A DNA stretch of 63,967 nt, counting the filler, from Chiloscyllium plagiosum (taxonomy: Eukaryota), in NCBI RefSeq assembly GCF_004010195.1. It is 5 parts of one record of this genome, joined end to end, with 100 filler letters (N's around TTAATTAATTAA, not from the genome) between each part and the next. Parts side by side here need not be neighbours in the genome. Positions count along the whole stretch, not along the records: positions 1 to 15,317 come from NC_057714.1; 4 more parts are not named here. One strand, 5' to 3'. Positions 1 through 13,574 of the stretch are shown piece by piece; position 1 is the stretch's first letter, and each line of letters begins with the position of its first letter. The notes beneath the pieces are model-generated. The model saw only the letters and a list, made by a program, of their open reading frames with translations. It was not told where the DNA came from and ran no database searches. A program made the translations under genes and the position numbers.

Positions 1-270
1 AGGGTGAGAGGGGAAAGATATAAAAGAGACCTAAGGGGCAACTTTTTCACGCAGAGGGTTGTATGTGTATGGGATGAGCTGCCAGAGGATGTGGTGGAGG
101 CTGGTACAATTGCAACATTTAAGAGGCATTTGGATGGGTATATGAATAGGAAGGGTTTGGAGGGATATGGGCCGGGTGCTGGCAGGTGGGACTAGATTGG
201 GTTGGGATATCTGGTCGGCATGGACGGGTTGGACCGAAGGGTCTGTTTCTGTGCTGTACATCTCTGTCTC
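1..270 (+). mobile_element. CR1-clade LINE 3' end (ORF2 C-terminus plus 3' UTR)
   Basis: ORF 4..195 has RGNFFTQRVV.VWDELPE.VVEAGTIATFKRHLD, the typical CR1 ORF2 C-terminus; near-identical copies at 50597-50780 (+) and 24625-24930 (-). Confidence 0.9.
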
Positions 271-980
271 GATGACTAGCTGCTGCAGTCGGTATTGTGA
301 CCAGCTTGGCCATCTCAATGTCTGTGAATTCTCTTTGTGTCTGTACTCGTTTCTCTCCTTCTGGCTGTTAAAATGTGGCCAATCAGTGATCCTACATTTG
401 CCAAAGGATTGCACATCCAATTTTTCCTGTTTGTCCTATATAGTGTTTTGTGCAGTCCTTGCATGGGATTTTGTACACTACGTTAGTTTTGCTCATGCTG
501 GGTATCGGGTCCTTCGTTCTGGTGAGTTGTTGTCTGAGTGTGGCTGTTGGTTTGTGTGCTGTTATAAGTCCTCGTGGTCGCAGTAGTCTGGCTGTCATTT
601 CAGAGATGTTCTTGATGTATGGTAGTGTGGCTAGCCATGTTGCGGCATGTCCTCGTTCTGTTGTCTCTCCCTTAGGCATCTGTTCATGAAATTGCGAGGT
701 TATCCGTTTTTTGCGGATACCTTGTATAGGTGTTCCTCTTCCTCTTTTTGCAGTTCTGGTGTGTTGCAGTGTGTTGTGGCCCTTTTGAATAGTGTCTTGA
801 TGCAACTTCGTTTGTGTGTATTGGGGTGGTTGCTTTCATAGTTCAGGACTTGGTCTGTGTGTGTGGCTTTCCTGTGTACCTTAGTGGTGAATTCTCCGTT
901 TGGTGTTCTCTGTACCCTCACGTCTAGGAATGGGAGTTGGTTGTCCTTTTCTTCCTCTCTCGTGAATCAGATTCCTGTGA
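271..980 (-). mobile_element. Penelope-like element fragment (RT thumb and start of GIY-YIG endonuclease)
   Basis: Minus ORFs 700..921 (TKVHRKATHTDQVLNYESNHP..HKRSCIKTLFKRA) and 392..805 (LPYIKNISE...NVVYKIPCKDCTKHYIGQTG). Confidence 0.88.
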
Positions 981-2036
981 GGTGGCAGTATCTTGTCATG
1001 AGCGCAAAACTGATTCTTCGTGCCTCTCATCACAAAACTGTTGCCATAGTCCAATTAACTCTTTCGTTCCCACTCCCATGTTACGTTGCCAGATCAATTG
1101 CTGAGCCGATTTAACCAATTGGACAGCTTTAGGGCCACCTAATGACCATTCTTCATCACCCAATGTTTTGTTTAAACCTTGATTTCTTTTTAAGAAATAT
1201 TGCAATATTTATTGCTCCCTATAGCTTCAAATACCAATTTATCAATTTATGCTTGTCTAACTTTAAAGCCTGTTCCTAACTATAGATTTTGGAATCTTAC
1301 TTGTAAATATATATTTATATATTATAAAATCATTTATTCAGTATTTAATATTTAAAATGTAAAATGCATACAGTTCCGAACTTTGAAATCCACTCTTATT
1401 ACCTGGTTTTAGTCCCTTAATTTAAATCCAAAATTAGTTTTCTTAAGTAGTCCTGACCAGTCATTGCTCAATTACAATGCTACAGGTCGCGAAATAACCA
1501 GAGCTGTCTTCAAAGGACTTGTGTATTCAAGTTAAAAAAAACTTATAATGCATGAATAATGGCCGAATCCAAGGTCACCGATATTAACCATCAGATTGAT
1601 TTATTACATCTAATGTTGAACTGAAACTTCAACTGTCATTGAGGGATGGAACTTTCTGAATAAAGCTACGGCTTAAAATTAAGTGAAAACAAATGAGTCT
1701 GAATCACAAAAAAGGTTATCATGTTGTTTTCCTTCGTATTAAGCTGATTTGAAATCGCTTTTAGGTATGGATAAAAGAGATTAGTTAGAAACTGATAGTA
1801 AGGCAGTCATGACCTGTAAAAAGAACAGGAGTTAACATTTTATTTCATAATCACTGTAAAATCGTAAACCTTGAAAGAAATCATGTTAAATTTCCTTAAT
1901 AGAAATCAGATTCAAAACAGTCCCAGATCTCAAGCTCCAGAGAACAAAGCACAAACATTCAATCACCAACAAACAAATGTGCATTCAAACTGAATCACAA
2001 AGGGTTAAACTTTCTATTAGCTGTACAGCTCTTTTC

Positions 2037-2058
2037 TCACACACACACACACACACAC
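2037..2058. repeat. (CA)n microsatellite
   Basis: Direct reading. Confidence 0.9.
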
Positions 2059-2068
2059 CATATCTCAA

Positions 2069-2811
2069 AGACACTTTCTGAGCTTCACGCAACAACAACT
2101 CTAGAGGCTTCTCGCTCCACCCCTCTATCTTTTGAATCTTTTTCTGGATGTAACACCCTGCTTGATGGGGTCTCCACCTCTGTCCTTGTCCCTGTCAACT
2201 GGACCCTACGAAAGGTCCTCCTCGTCCTTTACCCCTTCCTCTATTTTTTACGTGCTGCCACCGGTTCGATTCTTTTCTTGACTACTTCGTCAGCCATGGC
2301 TACCATCATTTTCGCCTTCTGTTTTTGCTTCTCATCCTCTCTCTTAACAAACACTTTCTGTGCCTCTCTTAATAATTCATCAAGTGATTTCTCACTCCAC
2401 CCATCTATTTTCTGAATTTTATTTCTGGATGTCTGGCCATAATTTAGTTACAAAGTGTACTCTCAGTGGCCCTTCAGCTACTAGCCCTTCCAACACGAAG
2501 CATAATCTGATCCCTCCTGACTGAAAGGCTGTTTTCTGTTGACATATAAATTCAAATTATTTACAAACACAGTCTTTGTCCGACATGTACTTTGGCCAGA
2601 AGATGGCAGGACGAAGAATGGATTCCTTAGTCCATACAAAGCAACAATATTTAATCATCTTTTTCCTATCTTTTTCCCTTGTACAAGTATTATTTTTCCA
2701 ATTCCACAACATCCTGCCCAACAGACATTCTGGAGGTATGTTGTCAGAGACCTTGCCTCCATTTCCATTTTTTTTCCTGGAGGCTTTTACTTTACCCTTG
2801 GTACAGCCCAT
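2069..2811 (-). pseudogene. gag: Defective class I ERV gag (HERV-I-like matrix, deletion, capsid C-terminus)
   Basis: MGCTKGK...IPPECLLGRMLWNWK...MIKYCCFVWTKESILRPAIFWPKY resembles HERV-I-type matrix as I recall it; downstream HFVTKLWPDIQK..IQKIDGWSEKSLDELLREAQKVFVKREDEKQKQKAKMMV is capsid C-terminus; contains frameshifts and stops. Confidence 0.8.
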
Positions 2812-3095
2812 TATTGAGTTCCTTCGTTAGACACTTATTAACTACTAGAACTCAATCCCAGCCACCAAGGCAGTACTTAAAAATCTCTTTTCCTACGTCG
2901 GTCCATGCACGGAGTTGCCTGGCTCCCTGTGCCTACTTGCAACCTTTCGCCTGGTTCAGATAGACTCTCATCGGATCTCAATCAGTCAACCAGAAGGGGA
3001 AACCCACCACCGAGGAACACGGGACCATTCTAAAAGGAATGGGATGCGTCTTCCCAGCCATCAACGGTGCCCACCCTGCTGGTGATGATGGATAT

Positions 3096-3113
3096 CCCGT
3101 CCACGAGCCCCCA
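3096..3113 (-). promoter_or_regulatory. Primer-binding site, tRNA-Pro-like
   Basis: Minus strand TGGGGGCTCGT matches 11 nt of the tRNA-Pro PBS TGGGGGCTCGTCCGGGAT and starts 3 nt after the LTR-terminal CA. Confidence 0.7.
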
Positions 3114-3116
3114 AAT

Positions 3117-3647
3117 TGTGAGAAATAAAACTCACATATTAATAAATTTCAGTCTGAGTCAAATTCTGAAGCAGCAAATTTTATTGATTATGTACTTGCA
3201 AGAACGGGTGCCTAACGAGTAAGCACCTCGACCTGAGGGTTACATTCTGTTTTATGCTGTTCAGCTGCATCTCTCGGTCCTCCCCTTTCACCCCATTGGT
3301 TACTTTTTCTGTAGCGCGTAGCCTATCACAAGCTCTAGCTTCACTCCACCTTTGTTTAGCTTCTCTCTGCCTCTGTTTACTTCTCCCATTACTCTAAGCC
3401 TGTCGCCCCTTACTCTTATTTATCTCATTCCTTATATGTGACTATCCTGGCATAGTTTGCTGTCTTCGTGCATTCATCCTGCCAAACTAAATTCCATCCG
3501 TTGGCCACATTCCTCCTGAAACTGGCACACTATTCTCCTGTTACTGGTACATCCCGCTACACAGTCACTCTGCCCTATTAGTCATAGATAATTCTACCTA
3601 TGACACCTGTTCCCTTATTCTGTACAATTTTAACCCTATATCTTACA
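3117..3647 (-). mobile_element. 5' LTR of the ERV (531 bp)
   Basis: Minus strand begins TGTAAGA and ends TCTCACA (imperfect terminal inverted repeat), has AATAAA near 3180-3185, and is followed by PBS and gag; CR1 sequence starts right at 3648. Confidence 0.75.
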
Positions 3648-5340
3648 AGAATGAGGAAAATATAGTTTTGTGCATTGAACCAGAGGATGTAAGTAGGGTT
3701 TTAAATGAATACTTTGTTTCATTGCTCACTGGTGAGAGGGAATAGTGGGTATAGAAATCAGGGAGAAGGATATGATTTAAAGAAAGAAATTAACATGGAT
3801 GGAGAAGAAGTTCTGAATGGTCTGGCAGACTTAAAAGTTGATAAATTTCTAGGGCTCGATGAAATGTATTCCAGGTTGTTGAATGAGGTAAGGGAGGAAA
3901 TAGGGACACTGTCAATAATTTTCAATTCTTTCCTGGGTACGGGTGAGTCCCCAAAGGACTGGAAGATAGCCAATGTGATACCATTATTCCAGAAGGAAGA
4001 AGGATTAAACAAGGAAACTCCAGGCCAGTCATTCTGACCTCAGTGTTGGACAATCTATTGGAAGCCTTTCTAAGGGATAGAATTTGGAGAAGCAGGGATT
4101 AATAAAGAAGAGTTGTCATGGCTTTGTTAAGGAGAGGTCATATCTGACAAACTTGATTGAATTTGTCAAAGAGCTGACCAGGTATGTAGAAAGGGCAATA
4201 TGTTTGACATGCTCTACTCGGACTTCAGCAGCTTTTGATAAGATCCTACATTAAAGACTGATACTAAAGGTAAGAATCCATGGGATCCAAGAAAATCTGA
4301 ATCCAGAATCAACTGAGTGGCAGGAAACAGAGGGTGATGATCTATTTAATTTGTGATTGGAAGCCTGTAACCAGTGGGGCTTAGCAGGGATCAGTGTTGG
4401 GCCCTTTCTGTTTGCAGTATATATAGTCTTAAATGTAAGAGGATTGATTAGTAAGTTCACAGATGGTATGAAAATTGGTGGGGTGGTAAATAGTGAGGAC
4501 ATTTAGATTACAGGAGGATATAGACTGGCTGTTCAGATGAGCTGATCAGTGGCAAATGGAATTTAATCCAGTGAGTTGATGGATATGGCAGGACTAACAA
4601 GGTAAGGGAATACGGTATTGAATAGTAGGACCCTGGGAAGCATCGAGGATCAGATGGATGTTAGTGTGCATATCCACCCATCCTTTAAGATAGCAAGACA
4701 GATGGATAAAGTGCTTAAGAAGGCATATGGAATACTTGTCTTTATTAAGAGGGGCACGGAGTTTAAGAGCAAGAAGGTTAAACTGGAAATGTATAAAACT
4801 TCAGCTAGGCCACAGCTAGAGAGTGGTGTACAGTTTTGAAATTAACTTTTTAGGAGGGACGAGATTACACTGGACAGGGTGCAGAGATTTACTAAGATAT
4901 TGCCTGGACTGGAAAATTTCATTCTGAAGAGAAATTGGATAGACAGTGGTTGCTTTATGTGGAGCAGAGCAGTTCAAGGGGGAACATGATTGAGACGTAT
5001 AAAATTATGGGGGGCAGAGATAGAGTAGATAGGAAGAAACGTTCCCCTTGGTTGAGGAAGCATTACCAGGGACATAGTTTAAGGTAAGGGACAGGAGGGT
5101 TCGAGGGAATGTAAAGAAAATATTTTTCATCCAAAGGATGATGGGTTTCTCGAACAACTGACTGTAATGGAGGTAGATGTAGAAACCCTCATAACATTAA
5201 ATATGTGCAGTTGTGATGCCAAGGCATACAAGGCTATGGACCAAGTGCTTGAATATTAGAATAGTTAGGTGTTTGTTCTTGACAGGTGCAGACTTGATGG
5301 ATGTAATGACCTTTATTTACACTGTGTACCTCTATGAGTC
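3648..5340 (+). mobile_element. Degenerate CR1 LINE ORF2 (RT) and 3' UTR
   Basis: LKVDKFLGLDEMYSRLL..PKDWKIANVIPLFQK; KKAYGILVFIKRG..MYKTSARPQLESGVQF; many stops. Confidence 0.85.
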
Positions 5341-5624
5341 TTAATCATTTGCTTCATTTTAATTAACAAAATAATGAATCCAACGATCTCCTAAATCAAG
5401 ATCCAAAGTATTAAAAACCAAGAGATTTGGTACAGAAATACAGAGCTGTGTACAATGTGAAATCCATCCTCAACACTGTGAAAATAATCTTCTCAAGCCA
5501 AACCCACAAACAGATGAAGCAGACTGTAAATTTCCAACATTTGATGTACTTACATTTGTTGGATTTTGTTAAAAGATGTGTGAATGTCTATTGTCAATTC
5601 AGGTTATACATAGTGTCATTTTTT

Positions 5625-5965
5625 TAAAAATTCACTCATGGAATGTGTGTATCACTGGCTTGATCAGCATTTACTACCCATTCCCAATTGCTCAAGAGCA
5701 GTAGTTAAGAGTCAACCATTTTGGAGACACATGTAGGCCAGACCAGGTAACAATGGTAATTTCTTTCCCTAAAATACATTGGTGAACCAGATGTGTTTTT
5801 CAGACAATCGTCTTGTGGTCATCACTGGACTTTTAATTCTTGGGTCATAGATTTCAAATTCCACCAGCTGCCATAGTGGATTTTGAACCTGTGTTCCCAG
5901 AACTTTACCTCGGTCTCTGGATTAATAGTCTAATGATAATACCACTAGGCCATTGATTCTCCTAT
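5625..5965 (-). mobile_element. tRNA-derived SINE with LINE-like tail
   Basis: Homologous in reverse to 30645-30975; tRNA-like head (tggcctagtggtatt...ggttcaaaatcc) and A-rich tail. Confidence 0.7.
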
Positions 5966-5984
5966 TCAAAAAGGGAGAGAGGCT

Positions 5985-6365
5985 GACAATAAGAATCTAT
6001 AAACCAATTGTTCAATGAATGTTGTCAGGAAATTGTTAGAATGATTCTCACAGAGCTGGACAGACTGGATCCAGGGTTTCACCTGATTAGGAAATCCAGA
6101 ACAGAGGATTGCTGGACAAAGATACAAGGTAGGCCATTGCAGATTGAAATGAGGAGATCTCTTCATTCAGAGGGTACTGAAAGTGTGAAAGTATTTACTA
6201 CGGAAAGCTGTGGAGGCAAAGCAACTAAATATATTTAAGAAAGAAATAACTAAAGGTGTCAAGGGTATGTGGAAAGAGGAGGAATATGGCATTACGATAA
6301 GCTGTTAGCCAAGAGCAAGTTGAATGGTGGAGCAAGCTTGATGGGCCGAATGTTGCTCATTTTCT
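5985..6365 (+). mobile_element. CR1 3' fragment
   Basis: Degenerate GLDRLD...EMRR..F..RV..W motif and CR1-like 3' UTR. Confidence 0.65.
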
Positions 6366-8799
6366 ACTGAATTATTCTGCATGTTTGCTTCATTTTCCCA
6401 TATTGCCAATTGTTGCTGTCAAGTGGCCTTCTGCTTTGTGTTTGAAAAGAGATGAAGTCACGTAATGGATATTTCTGAATGATGTGTTATTGATTGTGAG
6501 ACTACTTTGGATGATGAGTTGGTGGAGCTAAATGAATTCAGAATGTGGCTGCCTGAGTCTAAATGAACTGTGCTTGAATCAGGCTATCATGGTCAGACCT
6601 AGCAGTTCAGTGCACAGCTGCTGGTACCTTGTCAGATCAGGCTCTTCCTTTGAAAGATCAGGATGCTCAAAACTTTGCTCTTCCTGGAGCTGTAGTTATC
6701 ACTGTCATGCTATGGTATATATTATGACGATTGATAAAACCCCAAAGTATTTATTTTAAGATGCGTTAAATTTAAATTCTAATAACATGCTGTGTGGTTC
6801 ACAGTCGAAAAGTATTTCCTAGTTACTCTTGTACTGTAGGTAAAATAACACACACTCCTTCATTTCAAGTTCTGCAAACTAGTTTAAGGAAAAGAATCAT
6901 GAAAAGAGCCTACAATAGATCCAAGATCTCAAAAAAACAAATGTTTGATTACCAATGATAGTGGTAACCTCCACTCCAACAGCTGCTGTGTTCAACTATC
7001 CAATTTTTGTGAATGATTTAAGAGACTGATCTATATATCATTTTATTAACTTCTCTGTTTTTGGACTTAACTCTTATTTCTAACCTGTGTATATATGTGC
7101 TGCAGTACTAAATCTTTGCGCATTTAGTAATTAATAATCTCACCCTTTGTTAATGAAAGAAAATCAAATTAAATTGATTTATTTTAAACCATAAGTTCAT
7201 TTGGCCTCGGAGAAAGGTATCCAAAGGGAATGGGTCATTTTTAGATTAACCTTGTTGCAACAACCAAGAGGTGAAGATGAATAGAGAATGGGAGTCAGTT
7301 CATCCTTCCTCACCTGGGAGCTTAACAGTCTGGAGTTTGTGTCTAGAATCATAACAAATTGGGAAACTGGCCCAGTGTCTCATCAGAACACATGTAAGAA
7401 ACAGCAAAATACTAACATTTTCATAATGGAGCTGCTGTGTAACACAGGATACCCTCAGATTTGTCCCTGTACCAGATCTTGAAAGATTTATCTATAAAAG
7501 TACTGATGATGTGTTAGTTTTGATTTGGGCCTCATCTTAGCATCAGTTTTGTGTTCTGATGAAAGATTATCAACCTAAAACATGAATGCTTTTTCTCACT
7601 AATAGGCTAATAGGCCTGCTAATTATTTTCTAGGATCATCTGTTCTTATTTTAAATTTCCAACATCAGTAGTATTTTGCATTTACTCATCCTGACTGCCT
7701 TAAGGAGTTCAAAAATGCACATGGTCCGGACCCTGGCAGACATGATATCAAACTGACATGCACCAGTGGTAGTCAATTGTGAGATACTAAAAATATCACT
7801 TGCAAATCTCTGTAAACAGCTAAAAGCAAATAAATTAAGATAGTGGTAACTTTAACAGCCACTGACAATGTGTGACCACTTGGTCCACTTGGCAGGAGGT
7901 CTTCTAGAAATTTGCATGCATCAATGGCCACCTAAAGCAATATAAATAACAAAATAAAATCCTTTTAAAAAATTTAGTCAAAAGAACAGTTACTTGACTT
8001 GTAATGCTTTTACTTAATTGCTAATAATAATGAAAAATAAGGCAGAGACCTATTCATTGATTTCTGATCAACACCTTGCTACTAATGATCATAAATGTAA
8101 ATGTATTAATATTAATGAAAGAGGGCATTTCATTATCAACATTTTAAAGGATTTTACAAAAACAAACATTACTTTTACAATGCTTTCTCACAAATACAAG
8201 GTAATATGAGTTAAATAAAAGTTTAAATAATAGAACATGCCATTTATTAATTATTAAATCCTTCCTTAGATGTAAAAGAGCCCTCTTACTTTGACAAAAG
8301 TAAAGGTGTTTTCTTCCTTTGGATTTCTTTGGACAGTCATTTTATACTTGAATAGAATGCTGTCATTTTCAAACAGAACTGTAAACTTTTATTGTTTAGT
8401 TAGCTTGTGAAATTACTTCTCATAAAATTCATAGTTGAAAATACTTATACAATTAAGTAGATCTGAAGATCGACATATATGGATATGTGTGTCCATCAAA
8501 CACAATTTGCTTTTTTTTTAAAATCATGCATTTCAGTCCATCTGTGAAGTGTCAATGTAAATTTCTTTCATTCTGAATTTTCAAGGTAGGTTACTAAGTG
8601 ATACATTTCAAGAAGAATAAAAGGCTGAAATGCTTAACAACAGCAGAAGCTTTATTATATGAGGTGTTTTCTCTACATGGCAGCAGGCTTAGATTGCGTT
8701 GGTTCCCTCCAAAATGGCTGAGGACATCACGTAATCGGACTTTTAACTTGACAGTCCAACATACTTACACAAACACATATCATTCCTATCCCCTTATGT

Positions 8800-11700
8800 C
8801 AGAGGTTCCTGCAATGTAAACATTCACAATATTTACAATTATTAATACAGTCAGTAAATATCACATGGCTGCTGGTGCACCTCAGGTGTCTTTATTTTTC
8901 TCATTGCTTTACAAGGTGTACAAGGAACATCATTTGTCATTATCTTTTCCTGAGACAACTAAATGTTTGGAGGTTCACACAATATTGTATCCTCCACTGA
9001 GAGTACTGTCTCCATCACGTATTCCAGTTACTGTTTTGTCCTTGGGTAAATTCAGAACTTTGTTTTGCACAATTATTTGTGAATCTTCAATTAATGTTGA
9101 ATCATTCATTCTGGTTGCCAAGTGGTTGTCTGCATGTCTTCTCCGTCTTACATCATTTCTCATTTCATGCTGGTCCAGTCTGTGCTACAATGATGGCTGT
9201 TACTGACTTCTCACCCGTGGTGTAATTCCTCACCAACATTTCTTGAAAGTTTTGGAAACCATGGCATTTAGTCTTGTTCAAAAACCCACTTCTGCTGTTT
9301 GCTGTCATCAATGTATTTTCTCATGGTTTTATCAAGTGCAACTGTTGCTGTACCATAAGCAAACATGGAGAAATTTGAGTTTTTCAATGAGTTGAGTTCC
9401 AGCATGATAACAAAAATTGGCTCAATTTTTTGGACAGTGATCCTTGTTCTTGAGTTACTTTTAAGAACTGTTTCATTATCTGAACAAACCTTTCTACCAA
9501 ACCATTTGTTGCTGGGTGGTAAGATCAGACATATGTTGAACTCTGTTCTGCTTTAGATAGTCTGTAAACTGTTGTAATATGAACTTTGGACCATTATCAC
9601 TAACAAGTTGTTCCCAATAACTAAATCTCGCCAAGATATCCACCAATCTTTCAATGGTTTTCTCTGAAGATATTGACTTCATAATGGCAACTTCAAGCTA
9701 TTTAATATATGTATCAACAACTATGAAAATGTCTGCTCTTCAAAATGTCAGGCATAATCAATATGATTCTTTGCTATGGTTTTTTTTCCACCCATTCCCA
9801 CAGGTGTAATGGCACGAATGAAACTAGGTTGTGAACTGTTGTGCAAGCTGAACATATTTCTGCCTTCTCCTCAATTTCAGTGTCAAGCACTAGCCACCAA
9901 AAATAGCTTCTGGGTACGTCCTTCATTCTTAAATGACACAATAACCTTTGTGTAGTTGAACATATTGTCATAACCGTGGTAGAATAATGACTCTCATTTC
10001 CCATTGGAGACATTCTGCTTGTACAGATAGTTCTAGTTTCATGTGACGTATTGATTCAGTTCCAGGGTTGTTCCTGTGATCTTGCCACAAAGTACCACAC
10101 CCATCACATTTTATTGTAATGGATCATTTCTAGTATATGCCGTAACTTGCCCTGCTATTACCAGAATGTTCTCTACTTGTTTGAAGTAGAAAATCTTTAC
10201 ATAAGGACAGTATGTAGTTGACTCACTTGCCAAAAGATAATCTAGAGAGGCCATCTGCGTTCCTTTGTGAGTTGAATTGTCAACGTAAAAATGTACTTAA
10301 TTGTAAAAATGTAAGCTGAGAGCAACAATAACTACATCTGCATACTGCTCCCTGTTAGAAAAGGAGGCCCAAATATTGTAGGCAATCATTCTTGAGTTTA
10401 TTATGGGGTGAATTCCCAGCCATACAGGTACTGGTGAAATTATCTATTGCCAAAAATGATTTCTGGAGCAATTTGCTTGATTGGTGCACATTTCGTTTTT
10501 GCGCTATTTAACAACCCTGATTCAAAAGCTGTTGGCTTCTCTTCACTGTTCGGTAAAATATGAGAAACAAATACTCCCATCCATATGATGACACATTGTA
10601 CGCTAGTTGTAACATTAGCATAAGGTCAAAATGATTCAGGACTTCTGACTTAGCCTCTTTGGCTTGTGTAAAAGCTCTTTTACATTTCCAATTATTTTGT
10701 ATAATAAATTGTGCAATGGCTTGAGAGTGGTTGCAAGACCTGGGACAAACCTGTCATAGTTATTCAGCAAGCCCAAAAATGATCTGATTGTTTAAGATAC
10801 TGACCTAACCTTGCAACATTTTGCTTGCCTCTCATTCTTGATATTCAATTTAACAGAGATCTTTTCTAGGCTTATTAAATCCCTATTGAAAAGAATGCAT
10901 GTTTCTTTAGAACTTGTGGTAGATCAGTCTCACAATGTGCGAAGTGATTTATTTCAGCCTAGTTAAGTTTGATTTTCGCTAACCACATTCTTTCCAATAA
11001 AGCGGGAAGATTTACTCTGAGAATGTGTAAGGACAAATCTTCAGAATGATCATATAAGTGAACATTGACATTGATACAACACCTTAATTCAAATTTTGAG
11101 GGTCACAGCACAATGTAACTCAGCAGCTTCTAATATACACTTTCAGGTATAAATAAAACAGTTGCTGTGATGTCCATCTCCATTTTTACCAGTTTGCCAT
11201 TTCATGAGGGAGTGACCCAGTATCAGCTGGTGTCGGCAACAATGGCTGGAATGTTTAATAGTAGCATTTCTTTGAACTGAGTATCTGGGCTTTCCTGATG
11301 CTATTTTTGTACCATATAGATTTTCTTTCTACTGTTCTATACTTTTGCTGTATAGTGTTCAAAACATTTCCCTCTGTGTAGGGTACTTACAATGTTCCCT
11401 TAGGGTGGAGTATATGGCAAATTGCTTCTGCGCTGTTCACCTCTTCTCAGGACTGAATGCCTTTTTATTTATTTTTACTATCAATACCTGCTTTGGTGCA
11501 GCAATGACATCTTTTAATTTCTTTTTAATCGAAATGCCTCCGAGGTCTTTCGTGAGGACCACAATTTTTTTTCATGTATCAGTGGATTCACCCAATGGAT
11601 CTCAAAGCAGATTTTCTTCCTCATTGCCAGTTTTCTTCTTGTGTTATGTTTCAAGGATAACAGACTGACATGTTTGACAACAGTCAGAGATTTATGAAAT

Positions 11701-11900
11701 GAGATGCTACCTTGGAGAGTAAACAACCTTGAGTTGTTTCCCTTCAAAATGGCTGATAATATCATCATGCCATTGTGTCATAGAGTCTTCGAGTTATAGT
11801 GACAATACCAAACTTCTTAGTTTAAAGACCAGCATACTCTTGTCTTGCATATCAGTTTAATTTGGTATTCTGCTTGGCTCAATCCTGAAAATGCCAAGAC
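8800..11900 (-). mobile_element. Highly decayed Gypsy LTR-retrotransposon internal region (gag-PR-RT-RH-IN order)
   Basis: Integrase core (ARFSYWEQLVSDNGPKF, 9494..9682) and IN zinc-binding remnant (RSYFWWLVLDTEIEEKAEICSAC, 9774..10013); RH/RT remnants at 10200-10800; boundaries approximate. Confidence 0.7.
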
Positions 11901-11904
11901 TCGT

Positions 11905-13560
11905 AGAGCCCATAACACATAGGAGCAGAAATTAGGCCATTCAGCTCATCGAGTCTGCTTTGCCACTCAATCATGGGTGACAAGTTTTTCAACCCCATTC
12001 TCCCATTTCTCCCTGAAAACCTTGATTCTCAAGAACCTATCTATCTCAGCCTTCAACATACTCGATGACCAGCTCTGCATAGATTTCTGTGGTAATGAAT
12101 TCTGTAGATTCACTACTTTTAAGAAGATGTTTCTCCTTATCCCTGTTCTAAAAGATCTTCCCTTTACTCTCAGGCTATGCCCTTGTGTCCTAGTCTCTCC
12201 TACCAATGGAATCAATTTCTCAACATCTACTCTGTCCTGGTCATTCAGTTTTCTGTGCATTTCAATAAGATCCACCGTCATCCTTCGAAATTCCATTGAG
12301 TGAAAAACTAGAGTCCTCAAATTTTCCTCACATATTAAGCTTTTCATTCTTGGGACCATTCTTGTTAATCTCCTCTGAATACGCTTCAAGCCTTCTTTCT
12401 GAGATATGTGCACGATAATCCAAATGTAGTCTGTCCAGAGCCTCTTAGAGCCTCAGAAGAACATCCCTGCTTTTACATTCAAGTTCTTTCAAAATAAATG
12501 CCATCATTGCATTTGCCTTCCCAACTGCTGACTCAACTTGCAAGTTTACCTTGACAGAGTCCTGGACTAGAACTCCCAAGTCTCTTTGCACTTCAGACTT
12601 CTGAATTTTCTCCCCATTTAGAAAATAGTCTATGCCTCTATTCTTCCTTCCAAAGTGCATGACCTCAAACTTTCCCACATTGTATTCCATCTACCACTGT
12701 CCAAATCTTTCTGCAGCCTCTCTGCCTCCTCAATGCTACCTGCCCCTCTACCTATCTTTGTATCGTCTGCAAACTTGGCCAGAATGCCCTCAGTTCCTTC
12801 ATCTGGATTGTTAATGTATAAAATGAAAAATTGTGGTCCCAACACAGCTTTGCGGAACACCACTCACCACCGCTGCCATCCGGAGAAGGATCATTTTATC
12901 TACACTCTCTGCTCTCTGCCGGACAACCAAGCTTCTATCTATGCTAGTACCTTGCCTCTGACACCATGGACACTTATCTTACTCAGTAGCCTCCTGTGTG
13001 GCATCTTGTCAAAGGCCTTCTTGAAGTCCAAGTAGATAATATGCATTGGCCGTCCTTGGTCCAACCTGCTTGTTACTTCCTCAAAGAATTCTAGTAGATT
13101 TGTCAGGCATGACCTCCCTTAATGAAACCATGCTGGCTTTGCCCTATTTTACCAGACACTTCCAAATATTCAGAAATCTCATCCTTCACAATGGATTCCA
13201 CGATCTTACATGACTAAGGTTAGGCTAATCGGTCTATATTTTCCATCTTTTGCCTCACTCTCTTTATAAACAGGGGTGTCACATTAGCGATTTTCCAGTC
13301 CTCTGGGACCATCCCTGATTCTAGCGATTGCTGAAAGATCACCACTAACGCCTCGGCTACCTCTTCAGCTATCTCCCTTTTAACTCTGGGGTGTAGTCCA
13401 TCTGGTCCAAGTGATTTATCCACCTTCAAGCCATTCACTTTTGCTAGCACCTTCTCCTTGGTGATGGCCACCATACTCAGCTCTGCCCCCTTACTCTCGT
13501 AAAATTTTGAGATATTACGTGTGTCTTCTAGCAGCCCAATGTCCACTTTTGCTTCTCTTT
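11905..13560 (-). mobile_element. CR1 LINE ORF2 RT plus 3' end
   Basis: LGPQFFILYIN...AKFADDTKIG; MEYNVGKFEVMHFG; VPEDWKIANVTPLF. Confidence 0.9.
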
Positions 13561-13574
13561 TGCCCTTTTAGAAA

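Noticed and set aside
6485..7365. LTR-like tract ending ...TTAACA/ATAACA followed by AATTGGG
   Set aside because: Could not fix both termini or a TSD, so it is not called as a feature.
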